From Octopus sinensis (Eukaryota): 64,000 nucleotides of DNA. The position numbers and the translations under genes are program-made. The notes below the pieces were generated by a model, which saw only the letters and a list, made by a program, of their open reading frames with translations, made no database searches and was not told where the DNA came from. This document shows, in pieces, positions 1 through 12,497 of this stretch (the first letter of the stretch is position 1; the number at the start of each line of letters is the position of its first letter). The stretch covers positions 11,160,001 to 11,224,000 of the forward strand of contig NC_043008.1 in assembly GCF_006345805.1 (NCBI RefSeq), read 5' to 3'.

Positions 1-69
1 GAGTGTACGTTAGCGTTTTATGTGTGTATGTATGGATGTATGGATGTACGTATGTCTGTCGGTTTGTCA

Positions 70-648
70 AGGCTTCTTCACTGCAATTTCAACATCAACA
101 AGAAGTTATTTTTGTTTGTATGTATGCATATGAGCAAATTTATATGCTTTGTTTTTATGTATGTATTCTCATGTATATAATTGCATATCTAGACATGCTC
201 ATATATATTTGAATGACAAACTTCGGGAAATTTTACAGATTTTTACATTTCCAGTGATGGACTGGATCTGATTTTGAGAAGCCTAATTTCTCAAGATTGT
301 TATTTAGGCAGTGCCCCAGTAATTAGTTATAAACATGAACTTATAGTGTGGATAGAGTAACTGCAGATATCTCAATAGTTCAGCTTAGGTGTCCTCTTTT
401 CCCCTGATTTTCAGTTTTACGCTAACATCCGCTGGGCAGCTAAATTTCACGACTCTGCACAGTTTCCTTTCTCTATTCCAAATCATTATATCAAATCTGT
501 TGCGCTTCCGTTTTATTGAAGTCTCCTCTGGGAAATTCCACCAGCACTCCTTTTTATTATGAGAGGCTATGGCTTCTACCATACTGTGGTTTCTTATTTC
601 CTTGCCCTCAGGATTATCCTTCCGACGGATTTCATTATAGAGTGTCTT
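70..648 (-). mobile_element. R4/Dong-like (RLE-type) non-LTR retrotransposon, decayed 3' fragment
   Basis: Minus-strand translation TLYNEIRRKDNPEGK...WWNFPEETSIKRKRNRFDIMIWNRERKLCRVVKFSCPADV...ELLRYLQLLYPHYKF...NLEKLGFSK...QSITGNVKICK fits a restriction-like endonuclease (PD-x-D/E) C-terminus, with frameshifts and a 3' UTR-like tail. Confidence 0.75.
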
Positions 649-870
649 GAGAGGGTCATTATCCTAATAATAATAATAAACACAGGCACTGGTTTACTGT
701 TACTTATTTATCGCTTCAAACAGACAAGCGTTTGATCGTTTAAAGAATACATTAAACGAGCGACCAATTAGTTAATTGGTTAGATATTTAACCGATTGAG
801 CAACAATAAAGAAGTAATATCGAACATGTGCCTGTGTTTATTATTATTAGCATAACGACCCTCTCAAGAC
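643..870. repeat. Inverted-repeat (MITE-like or fold-back) element
   Basis: tgtcttgagagggtcattatcctaataataataataaacacaggcac (from 643) is the near-perfect reverse complement of gtgcctgtgtttattattattagcataacgaccctctcaagaca (to 870); no TSD seen. Confidence 0.55.
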
Positions 871-1010
871 AATTAAAATATCTGTTTCAACACACGGATT
901 CACATCAAGAATTTTGCAATCCAATTACGGAAACGAAGTTAGAAAAATAAGCTATAAATCAACGCGCCATTGTTAGTTACCCATCTGTTTTGAAATATAT
1001 TCGCGCCTAA

Positions 1011-1055
<45 letters not shown>

Positions 1056-1101
1056 CGCAGGAGTGGCTGTGTATATAGGTGCAGGAGTGGCTGTGTATAT
1101 A

Positions 1102-1274
1102 GGCGCAGGAGTGGCTGTGTGGTAAGTAGCTTGCTTACTAACCACATGGTTCCGGGTTCAGTCCCACTGCGTGGCATCTTGGGAAAGTGTCTTCTACTAT
1201 AGCCTCGGGCCGACCAAAGCCTTGTGAGTGGATTTGGTAGACGGAAACTGAAAGAAGCCTGTCGTATATATGTA

Positions 1275-1314
<40 letters not shown>

Positions 1315-1540
1315 TATATATATATGCGTGCGTGTATGTTTGTGTGTCTGTGTTTGCCCCCCTAGCATTGCTTCACATTGATGCTGGTGTGTTTATGTCC
1401 CCGTTACTGAGCGGTTCGGGAAAAGCGACCGATAGAATAAGTACTGGGCTTACAAAGAATAAGTCCCTGTGCTGAGTTGCTCGACCAAAGGCGGTGCTCC
1501 AGCATGGCCACAGTCAACTGACTGAAACAAGTTAAAGAGT
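1102..1540 (+). mobile_element. tRNA-derived SINE, group A, full length with internal microsatellite
   Basis: Head gcgcaggagtggctgtgtggtaag...ggttccgggttcagtccc, then cttgggaaagtgtcttc, internal (TA)n/(TG)n and tail gactgaaacaagttaaagagt; six other copies in window. Confidence 0.85.
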
Positions 1541-1942
1541 ATATATATATTTAATGCGGAATTATATCTAATGCGTATGTAGAGATGTTTATACAAGCAG
1601 ATATGTGATCCTTATACAAACCCATAGAAATATTTGTCAACTTCTCTAATGCAAATAATTACGTTGACAAATTTCATAATTTAAATATGCCTAAGTGTCA
1701 TTCTACTGACATGTAAAAACATATTTATACTTGAATAATAGGGAGGTAATTAGATAATTGTTTAATTATTAATAGCTATATTATGACATAGAATTACCTG
1801 TTATTTTTTCGGAGTACACACATATATATATATTTCGCATGTCCAAACATGCCGTTGAATCCTTATGCATATACAATATGAAGGATTTAAAGGGACTTGT
1901 TTGTGCTGGTTTAAAAGTGAGTTTTACCCTAATAATACATTT

Positions 1943-2361
1943 AAGGCGGCGAGCTGGCAGAAACGTTAGCACGCCGGGCGAAATGCTTAGCGGTATTTCG
2001 TCTGCGTTACGTTGTGAGTTCAAATTCCGCCGGGGTCGACTTTGCCTTTCATCCTTTCGGGGTCGATAAATTAAGTACCAGTTACGCACTGGGGTCGATG
2101 TAATCGACTTAATACCTATGTCTGTCCTTGTTTGTCCCCTCTGTGTTTAGCCTCTTGTGGGTAGTAAATAAATAGGTATTTCGTCTGCCGTTACCTTCTG
2201 AGTTCAAATTCCGCCGAGGTCGACTTTGCCTTTCATCCTTTCAGGGTCGATAAATTAAGTTCCAGTTACGCACTTGGGTCGATGTAATCGACTTAATCCG
2301 TTTGTCTGTCCTTGTTTGTCTCTTCTGTGTTTAGCCCCTTGTGGGTAGCAAAGAAATAAGT
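1943..2361 (+). mobile_element. tRNA-derived SINE, group B, with two tandem ~183 bp body units
   Basis: Head aaggcggcgagctggcagaaacgttagc; B-box-like gagttcaaattcc; ggtatttcgtctg recurs at 1992 and 2175. Confidence 0.85.
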
Positions 2362-3289
2362 ATTTTATATAAATTTAAAGTTATAGAAAAGTATGCGACA
2401 TTATATCTTCAATGTTTCCTAATCGAAAGCATATCTCACTTTGTAGACATCGTACGTGTGAGCCTATGCACATGGGTATAGATTTATTGGCTTATGTTTT
2501 GTTATATGCATCCTAGTATATGGATGCATATTTATATACCTGTGTGTGTGTGCATGCCACCGTCTTTATCCATGTATATATATATGTGTGTGTGTGACTG
2601 TGTGAGTTTGTATGTTTGTGTGTGCGCGCGTGTGCATTTGTATGTTTGTGTGTGCGTGTGTCACTGTGTGTATACATATGTGTTTGTGCGTGATGTGTTT
2701 GTAGCCATTTCAATCCCCATATAGCTAACAGAATTGTATTTTGCTTTATTCTCGTCTGTTTCCCTTCTTATATGTTTTGGCTGTTTTTGTGTCTCTTCGT
2801 AAACTTTGATGTCTAGGTTTCAACCTTCGATTTCTCCTTTCTTTTGTGTTTATTTTATGCATTTCTTGTATTCATTGCGTAATTTCACAAGTTTTTAGCT
2901 ACGTTTTCTTTTAAAAAATCGCTATGTTAAGAATTCTAAACAAATCATTCTGCTCATACAAACACAACTTTAAATACAGGTACTCGCAAAACAGCGACAG
3001 AAAAAGAACACATTTAAAACAATTTATGTCACCTGTGAAGATAGCTACCTATTTCTTTCGACTTTCAATGGCTATTAACTATAGAATTTAGATAATATTC
3101 AAATCAATACTCTACGACAATGCAGTACTATAGTAAAATAATCCATTTTTATAGAATTTCATAGAAATTTTTATTCTTTTTCTTCCTTGATTTAAAAAGC
3201 ATTTCATATACCTAATAAACACATATATTCATTCTTCCATACATACATAATACATATATACGTAAATGCATAAATATATGCACACTATG

Positions 3290-4375
3290 CTTGCTGTGCA
3301 ACAGTCTGTCTCAATATATATACCATTACGAGAAAAGAAGATACCTGGTGGTTGTTCCAAAGCTATTAAATCGAAGAATCACCTGCAAAGTCGCTTACAG
3401 ATAGTGCGATCGTATGGCTTTCCTGAGAAACACTTGTCATTGCGCTCAAGCGATCTGCAAATGCTGAAGTCCTGATTGCTGGGTGGGGAGTGGTAAGTGC
3501 TATGCATTATATCTTGCCTAAGCTTCGGGTGTGCAAAATGGCAGTGTGTCCTCTTTCCATGCCGGCAGACTCCTTTTATGTAGAATTTGCAGGTTGCGTT
3601 TATGGGTTTAGCTTTAGGTTTGAACTCTGCTTCACTTGTCTTGCGGCTGGTTCCTCTCGATGAGATGTCACATTGGGAGAGGGAGTTGGGGGTCGCTTCT
3701 CTTCAGAGCTTTGGGATTCTTTTTTCCTGCTCCTCTTCACTTTCCACATTACTGTGATTACCCTCATTGGTGGATATAGTGCTGGTATCTCTGGGCCTCT
3801 CGCTTGGGACATCAGTTTTGGTGTTTTTCTCAGGTGAATGAGCATTTTAAAACTTAAAAATCGTGTCTGACTTCTCCAGATGTGACCTGACGACTTCATA
3901 GGATCAGCTGAGTTCTTTCTTTTTTCGTTCTATCTGCGTCTCGGTCCACTTGAATACATTGCTTTTCAGGGTTGCAGTAATCCCGTTGCTGGGTGGGTCA
4001 TTTTCGGCAGCAATCCAAGCCAAGAGGCGGAGGTCTATTTCTGTGTCCTTCCAGGTCGCCTTCATCACATGTGATTGATTGCCGAGTGCAGAAAAAGGAA
4101 GAGGGGGTTTCGATAGGGATATCAAGGAAGAGAGAGAAGTAGGGGAAGTGAAGGTTAGAAGAGAGTAGAGCAGAAAGGTGCACTAGGAGAGAGAGGAGTA
4201 GGGGAAGTGAAGATGAGAAAGTTGTGATAGGGGATATCAGGGGAGAAAGAGGAAGGGGAAGTAGGAGGAGAGAGGAGAGCAGAAGAGCACACTAGGAGAG
4301 GGAGGGGGTTAGACCAATAAAGTGAGGAGAGTAAATTGATAGAAGAGAGGGGGAGCGGCTTTTCTACAACCGTAC
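3290..4375 (-). mobile_element. Probable 5' UTR plus ORF1 remnant of a CR1/L2-type LINE (CCCH zinc finger)
   Basis: Minus-strand CKFYIKGVCRHGKRTHCHFAH (3529-3591) is a CCCH-like finger; upstream low-complexity charged peptide with stops; pyrimidine-rich putative 5' UTR at 4130-4350. Confidence 0.5.
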
Positions 4376-4567
4376 GGAGTATTGATTGAAGAAAGTTTAG
4401 TTGGTTAGCTTATAGAAGTTCAATTTTTTCAAATGTCCGACTGTAGGGGACAAACTTACATTAATAAGCTTATACTATCCAGTATTAATTAGCTTAAAAG
4501 GGTTTTTCTTTTGTATTTTTAAAGCCGATTAGTTAATTAATTTATATATTTGTATATATGCTTTTCG

Positions 4568-4900
4568 GTGGATTTGCAATGGCCCAGTGGTTAGGGCAGC
4601 GGACTCGCAGTCGGAGGATCACGGTTTAGATTCATGGACCGGTCGTTTTGTGTGTTTATTGAGCGAAAACACCTAAAGCTCCACGAGTTTTCGGCAGGGG
4701 GTGATGGCGAGCCCTGTTGTACTCTTTCACTCCAACTTTCTCTCACTCTTTCTACCTGTTTCTTGAGTAACGCGGCGATGGACTGGCGTCCCGTCCAGCT
4801 GGTGGTGGTGGTGGGGGGACACATACACATAGAAATCGGGATACCGATCTCATGATCCTGGCTAGGCTTGAAAAGGGCGCTTAAATAAAAATTAAAAAAA
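4568..4900 (+). mobile_element. tRNA-derived SINE, group C, body type 2
   Basis: A-box tggcccagtgg head shared with the 11193 and 24060 copies; 3' part gcgatggactggcgtcccgtccag; A-rich tail. Confidence 0.8.
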
Positions 4901-5058
4901 TATATGTATTTCTCCATTTGAGTCTGTAAGAAGAATAAAATTGAGAAGAATCGAATCGAAAATGTAAACCAAGCGACCACACTTCAACTTTTCTCAATCA
5001 AGTATTGGAATGTGGTGGCTATTCTTATACATATATTGTTACACACAAATACTGTTAC

Positions 5059-5089
<31 letters not shown>

Positions 5090-5539
5090 AAATGCAAACA
5101 CAGCGATCACGCCTCGACTTTTCTCAATCGATTACCGAAATGTGGTGGTTATTGTTATGTATGTATGCAAAATTTACATACACTATTTCTGTTAATCCAG
5201 CTTATTTGCTTATTTCTTTTTTCTCCCAAGGGACTCAGATACAAAATGTAAACAGAGTAACACCTACATTCAATATTGCACGTGGAAGAAATTCTTCAGC
5301 GAATGTCTGCACATTCGATATCTTTGTGATGTATTGTATTTTATTCCAATTCTATTTCCCAGCAATATATTGAATTACACTCGATCTGCAGCAGGATTTG
5401 GTTGGATTATTCCACTTATTTCGAACGGTTTCAAGCTATCCTATGGGGAATTTTCTTACAGAATCTCTGTAGGAGATATTGGTACATCTTCAGCGTGTGG
5501 AGACCGGAAGAAACACACACACACATGTTTATAAATATG

Positions 5540-5541
5540 GG

Positions 5542-5592
<51 letters not shown>

Positions 5593-5727
5593 ATATATAT
5601 ATATATATATGTATGTATATATATGTGTGTGTGCGTGTAAATATATATATGTATATACATATATGTATATATATATGTGCGTATATATATATACATATGT
5701 ATATACATATATATATACATACATATG

Positions 5728-5822
<95 letters not shown>

Positions 5823-5847
5823 CATAGACATTTCTATACAGATATAT

Positions 5848-5886
<39 letters not shown>

Positions 5887-5951
5887 CTATATATATATAT
5901 ATACATATGTATATACATATATATATACACACGCATTCACACTCACAGACA

Positions 5952-5996
<45 letters not shown>

Positions 5997-6040
5997 CATA
6001 CATACATACACATATACATACATACATATATATATGTATA

Positions 6041-6080
<40 letters not shown>
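5540..6080. repeat. Compound (TA)n/(TACA)n microsatellite block
   Basis: Directly visible; source of many YI-repeat pseudo-ORFs. Confidence 0.95.
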
Positions 6081-6084
<4 letters not shown>

Positions 6085-6845
6085 CGCGCAGCTTTTAAAT
6101 AATTTTTCTCAGAAGCCGTGTGAAACCTAGTCTGGCACTACCCATATTATATATACCCAGGGTGAATACCAGATGAACGGAAATCGAAACCAAGTAGGTA
6201 CCAAACAAATTCCATCGCCACAGAGCCATACTACATTGGTATAATTTCACTACTAATGGACTGCAATATAATCAATGCGTACCATATCACCTGCTGAGAT
6301 ATGTCAAATTGGTTTGGCATATATTTCTGGCTTTTTAAATTACTTTTCTATTATGTTTATGAAAATTGGTTTTTAGCTTTTGTATTTAATATAAGGAATA
6401 AAATACGTCTAAAATTTGTTCAATCTCTTGTTGATTTAGATTTTTATCTATTTATTCGAAAGTAGGTAGATAGAAAATTATACAATTTTGATTTCTATCA
6501 TACTTCGTGCAAAACTATTTTGACGTTCTTCTGTGCTTCGAAGAGAATCGTTCTCCTCTGTTGATACGTAAAATCTCCAAACTCATATTACAAGAGTTAT
6601 TTTATTACTTAAACGTAGGTGAGTTGGTGATCTTTTACTGTGCTTGCGGACTGCTTGTATGTGGAGAAGAAACAAATAACATCGCTCCTTGTGGTGGAAA
6701 AGAAAAAGAAACTTGAATTTAGGCTGCGGAGTAGATTCCATTGAAAGTTGCTGAGAGAGGGAACCCTAATGAAACAGGCTGAAAAATGAAGTATACCAAC
6801 GAGAGCCAAGTAAAATCTAAACTGCGGAATTAAACGATAACACAC

Positions 6846-6913
6846 CTGATTGGATGTTGACGATTTGGAATGGCTAAGTAGACGTTCAACTTGTTTTGGT
6901 GATACTATTTTTC
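6846..6913 (-). CDS. Candidate host exon (GKIVSPKQVERLLSHSKSSTSNQ)
   Basis: Acceptor tttctctctagcag, donor CAG|gtgtgt, open frame; a possible 67-bp intron leads to a 19-codon terminal exon at 6719-6778; no recognisable homology. Confidence 0.25.
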
Positions 6914-6999
6914 CTGCTAGAGAGAAATACACACACACACACCTCACGCGCACCTGACTAAGTGGATATACTGATATACTGATATGAAGTAAGAGAGGG

Positions 7000-7302
7000 T
7001 GGAGGCACATGGCCTGGTGGTTAGAGCAGCGGACTCACGGTCGAGGGATCGCGGGTTCGAATCTCAGACCGGGCGATGCGTGTGCTTATGAGCGAAAATA
7101 CCTAAGCTCCACGCGGCTCCGGCAGAAGGTAATGGCGAATCCCTGCTGACTCTTTCGCCACAGCTTTCTCTCACTCTTTCTTCCTGCATCTTGCAGCTCA
7201 CCTGTGACAGACAGGTGTCCCGTCCAGGTGGGGAACCTGTATGCCAAGAAACCGGGAAACCGGCCCTTACGAGCCAGGCATGGCTGGAGAAGGAAGGAAA
7301 GC
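7000..7302 (+). mobile_element. tRNA-derived SINE, group C, body type 2, with 13-bp TSD
   Basis: A/B boxes tggcctggtgg and gggttcgaatct; TSD aagtaagagaggg at 6987-6999 and 7303-7315. Confidence 0.9.
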
Positions 7303-7940
7303 AAGTAAGAGAGGGGTTGGAAAAAGAAATATTACACTTCATTGAGTGAATACGATTGACATAAACACTCTACTTCGCCTCATGTGCATAAAGCACACGT
7401 ACTAGAAATATGCTCATTCACTCAGAGAAAATGTGTGTGAGAGAACGAAGGAGAAAGAGGGAGAAAAGCTGAGAGAAACATTAAAACGAATCCCAATAAC
7501 ATCTGATGCTAAATATGTCAGCGCATGTCAAAAGAGTTATAGTTCCAATGAGCTTCTGCACAATTACTATGGATGCAGTTTCACCTGCGAATCTTTGGTC
7601 AACTCAAGATTTTTGGCAAAACAGCATCAATTGCAAATATTGAATATATATAATACAAGATACATTTTTGGGTAGAAATATTCAAAGGATATATCCAAAT
7701 TTAGAATGATTAATCAATTTAAAATCTAGAGAATTATGCACAAACAATAAGTATACATTTAAAATTCATCACTTGAATAAGGAAATGTTAGAAATAAAAT
7801 CCCATTGAATTTTAAATATTTTCCAGTGAGAAATATGTAGGCGTTGATGTTAACCAAAAACATTAGAAACACATTGAATTCAGAAATATTTATCTGACTC
7901 TCTACCTTTAGATGGCTTTCTTGTTGAGAATCTCACATTG

Positions 7941-8062
7941 TAACCATGGTGTATCCTGGTCAGTGCCAATGCACGGAAATTTGGGCACATATCGTGTGTG
8001 GTCCGACCAATACGTTGTGGATTAATTGATAGACGAAAATTGTGTGGAAGCTCATTGTGTAT
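7941..8062 (+). mobile_element. Old degenerate group A SINE fragment
   Basis: Residual ccgaccaa...ttgtgga...tagacgaaa followed by (TA)n at the usual position. Confidence 0.45.
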
Positions 8063-8082
8063 AAAAAAAATATATATATATG

Positions 8083-8156
<74 letters not shown>

Positions 8157-9207
8157 GTGTGGGGTGTATCATTATTGGATATACATCGAATCCTCTAAGA
8201 TAAACAACATTGACAGGTAAGTTTAACTTTTCCCCCCTGCACCAAGTGAAAAACGAACCTCTTTAACAAACTTGCTTATTGCAACCGTAGTCACAGACGA
8301 GCCAAGCGTGCAACATTCTTTAATGATTTACGTGTAAAAGTAACAGACTAGACTCAAGAGAGACCTGATATTGTCATATGTCTAATTTGCACGCACACAC
8401 ACACAGACACACGCCCGCGCATGAATTATTACATATATGTCTGTCGGTGACTATTCAAAATCAGAATGTCGTAAATTGAAATATTAAAGTTAAATGAATG
8501 CATAGATTTTCATGAAGGAGACAGATTCAGCGAACTCAATAGAACCAGTAAAATGGAAACGAAATTTTTCATAGAAATAAGTCAAAAACGACTAAGCTGT
8601 CTCCAGTTCATTTGTACATTCCTTACGACACTGTCTCATCATGTTTACTTAATATTACCTGCCAAAAGTTTCATGCTGTAATGATAAAATATATTATACT
8701 TAATTACATTATCTATGCGCTCCTCATTTTTTTCGATTGAATGTTTTCAAAATAAATTCTGCACTATTCATTTAAACAAGACATATGACGTTTTGCTGAT
8801 TATTTTTTTCCACAATATTATATAAGTTTTGAAATATTGATATATGTATTTTTTACAAATAACACAGTGACAAATCCTGTATATATATATATATATATAT
8901 TATATATATTATATTATTTTAAATACCATAATAAAAAAAGCGTGAAAACCAGACATGTATTAAACTTTATTCACCTGATATATTATTCTATACATTTACA
9001 CAAATTTGGAATATCTATCTATTTATCTCTCAATCTATATATATATAATAATAATAATATATATATATATATATCTGGTTTTCACGCTTTTTATTATGGT
9101 ATTTAAAATAAATAAATATTTTTTTTACAATTTGAAAGTGTGCTAAATATTAAAAAAATTTTGTATACATATATGTCTCCCACTCCTATATACATACATA
9201 TGTATAT

Positions 9208-9439
9208 AGGAGTGGGTGTGTAGTAAGTATCTTGCTTACCAACCCCATGGTTCAGGGATAAGTCCCACTGCGTGGCACCTTGCGCAAGTGTCTTCTATAG
9301 CATTGGGGCGACCAAAACCGTGTGAGTGGATTTGGTAGACGGAAATTAAAAGAAGCCCGTCGTACAAATATATATATATATGTGCATACACACACAGTCA
9401 GACCCACACACACACACACAATCACATACACACACACAA

Positions 9440-9471
<32 letters not shown>

Positions 9472-9692
9472 TTGTGCGTGTGTGTGTATTTGTTTGTCTG
9501 TGTTTATACTCTCACCATCGCTTGACAACCGATGTTAGTGTGTTTACGTTCCCATAACTTAGCAGTTCAGCAAAGAAGAGATCCGAAACAATAATTACTA
9601 CGCTTACAAAAATTTAGTCCTGGGGTCGATTTGTTCGATTAATGGCGGTGCACCAACATGGCTGCAGTCAAATCACTAAAAACAAATAAAAA

Positions 9693-9695
<3 letters not shown>
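9208..9695 (+). mobile_element. tRNA-derived SINE, group A
   Basis: Collinear with the 1102-1540 copy, including the internal microsatellite. Confidence 0.85.
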
Positions 9696-9747
<52 letters not shown>

Positions 9748-9984
9748 GTATATGTAAATGGGTGTATACATTTAAGTTGTACTCGCGGATGCATACAACT
9801 ATGCATACAACGTCCCACCCATATAACCATCGATGAAACTGTTATCATAATTCTATGCATGTCCTTGCCAAACTTGATTATAAATAAAGCAGTTATGACT
9901 GGGAACAACTGAAAAATCTACATTTATTTTTTATCTTATCAAATTTTTCATCCTTCACCATGATTTAAATAACACAAACATCCA

Positions 9985-10082
9985 CGATAATAATAATGAT
10001 AAAAATAATAATAATAATAGTAATAGTAATTATAATAATAATAATAATAAAAGAAATAAAATTAAAAACCTCAATAATAGTA

Positions 10083-10149
<67 letters not shown>

Positions 10150-10154
10150 TGATG

Positions 10155-10197
<43 letters not shown>

Positions 10198-10249
10198 AAT
10201 AATAATAATAATAAAAAAAATGATAATAGTAATAATAATAATAATAATA

Positions 10250-10292
<43 letters not shown>

Positions 10293-10382
10293 TGATGATG
10301 ATGATGATAATAATAATAAAAAATAATAATAATAATAATAGTAATAATAATAATGATAATAATGATATTAATAATTATAATA

Positions 10383-10431
<49 letters not shown>

Positions 10432-10432
10432 G
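9985..10432. repeat. (TAA)n/(TGA)n trinucleotide microsatellite
   Basis: Directly visible. Confidence 0.95.
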
Positions 10433-11192
10433 ATAGCAGATATCACACAGGATAACTTTTGTTGCCATTTCCTCTTTGCTGTGTGTTTATATGAGAACTT
10501 ATAAAATAGGGGAAACTACATCACTTAGTGATTTTATCAAAGAAACAGTAGGAGAAAAATAACCTACTAAAATAGTAACAACAACAACAACAACATCACT
10601 TCTGCATTCGATGATTTCTTTGCTTTTAGATAATAAAAGAAATGGCAGAGATGTATGACGGAAAGATTCGGAATTGTAAAAAAAAATAAAAATAATAAAA
10701 TATCATCTGATTTAGTTTAAGAGGAAATATTTATGCAACGCCATGTATTACCGGTAGCTTAGAATTTTATATCTTTGCCCTAGTCGTTAATGGTTTCTTT
10801 TTGTACAGTCCTTCGTTTTCACTGATAAATTCAAAATCATATACATCGTTTTTTTTTTGTGCAGCAGATCTTCGCCACAGTTTTTCACTTTATGTAGTTT
10901 AGCGCAATCACCATCTCTGGTGACGTTATGCGACCTATTGTGAAAATGTATTCAAATAGATTATAATGAGTTAATAATATAAAGTCAAATGCCACCATGC
11001 CAGATAATGCGCAGTGTCTGGAAAAAAAGACTCGAGGTCCCTAAATTCAAGTCCGAAATCATGTGTAACCTATTCGCACAGAAATACATGCAGCCGAATA
11101 AAAAGGTTCATTAAGAAAGATAAATCTGGAATCATGTTTAAAAGTTGCTGTTGGCGTAGGACGGGAATAAATGTGAGTTTAATTGGTTAAGT

Positions 11193-11564
11193 GTGGAGGC
11201 GCAATGGCCCAGTGGTTAGGGGAGCGGACTCGCGGTCATAGGATTGCGGTTTCAATTCCCAGACCGGACGTTGTGAGTGTTTATTGAGCGAAAACACCTA
11301 AAACCTCCACGACGCTCCGGCAGGGGATTGTGGCCAACCTTGCTGTACTCTTCCACCAGAAAATTCTCTCACTCTTAATTCCTGTTTCTGTTGTACCTGT
11401 AATTCAAAGGGCCAGCATTGTCACGCTGAATATACCTCAGAACTACACTAATGGCACACGTATTTCTGGAGTGTTCAGCCACTTGCGCGTTAATTTCACG
11501 AGCAGGCTGTTCCGTTGACCGGATCAAGTGGAACCCTCGTCGTCGTAAGCGACGGAGTGCCAAC
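11193..11564 (+). mobile_element. tRNA-derived SINE, group C, body type 1, with 12-bp TSD
   Basis: TSD aattggt(t/g)aagt at 11181-11192 and 11565-11576; collinear with the 24060 copy. Confidence 0.9.
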
Positions 11565-11903
11565 AATTGGTGAAGTAACAGACATGTCGTCATTGTGGAA
11601 GACAGGTTGTTCTAAGCTATGGAGTAACACTATATCAGTGTGCAATGAAAAGATTGGGTGCGGCTGTCTGAAGGCGGAGAGTCTGCAGCTGCTGCCTGGA
11701 AAATCAAGTTGTTTTGGTAAGAGTACGTTTTTACACCGAGAGTCAACAAACAAACGCACGTAAAAATATATACAGACAGGTAGAGAGAGTGAAATAGAGG
11801 CGGGTGAGGGGTATTACACATGCATACAAACATAACTAGTAGCTCAGACACATAAACAGAGAGAGAGAAAGAGAAAAAGAGAGAAATAAAGATAGATAGA
11901 GAT

Positions 11904-11934
<31 letters not shown>

Positions 11935-11949
11935 AATAGATGACAGAAC

Positions 11950-12450
11950 GAGGTAAATTATCATGATGTTCTTCCGTAAGATGCAGATTTTCAGGTTCCG
12001 GACGTGAACGAGCCATTTAATTAAAAATTAGCCTAATTATTTCATACAATCTTGTTTGGAATGTGTGCACCTTTTCCACAACTTCCCAAGCGTAACTTGG
12101 AAAACTTCTCTGTTCGGTCCGGATTATCTGCAATGAAAGCATACACTATTCTTGTATCCTATCTTTTCTAATAACTGCGCTTGAAAGTACGATTGGGGCT
12201 TGATTTTGAAACCTCTATCTCTCTTGTCGTGCAGATAAACTTGGAATCTGTCTTTGTATTTCTAATAATCTATCACGCTTAATGTGGCTCTTCAGTGCTT
12301 GCGATATTCCAAATCTTTTCTTCTAGAAAGTTCCATTTAATTCAAACTTCTATCTAATTCGAGTGATGGTAAGTCGCATCGGTCGACCTGTTTGAATTTC
12401 GTTGGGCTTCGTTCCTTCGTTCAGAGCATACTTTGACTTCATTATTTCAA
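11950..12450 (-). mobile_element. Decayed IS630-Tc1-mariner superfamily transposase fragment
   Basis: Minus-strand peptides PMRLTITRIR*KFELNGT, ADNPDRTEKF and PENLHLTEEHHDNLP resemble the HTH and pre-catalytic segments of maT/DD37D-like transposases (recalled similarity); several stops. Confidence 0.6.
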
Positions 12451-12497
12451 ATTAAATGAATTATCAGCTGCTTAAATATATATGCATTTTGAGAACA

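Noticed and set aside
5420-5495. Minus-strand CUGAAGA...GAAAC arrangement as a hammerhead
   Set aside because: Stem I is only 2 bp, the stem III loop is 1 nt and there is no convincing stem II base
7000-7075. tRNA genes at the SINE heads (also 11193, 24060, 27529)
   Set aside because: A and B boxes are present, but there is no acceptor-stem closure or terminator, and each continues into a SINE body with TSDs
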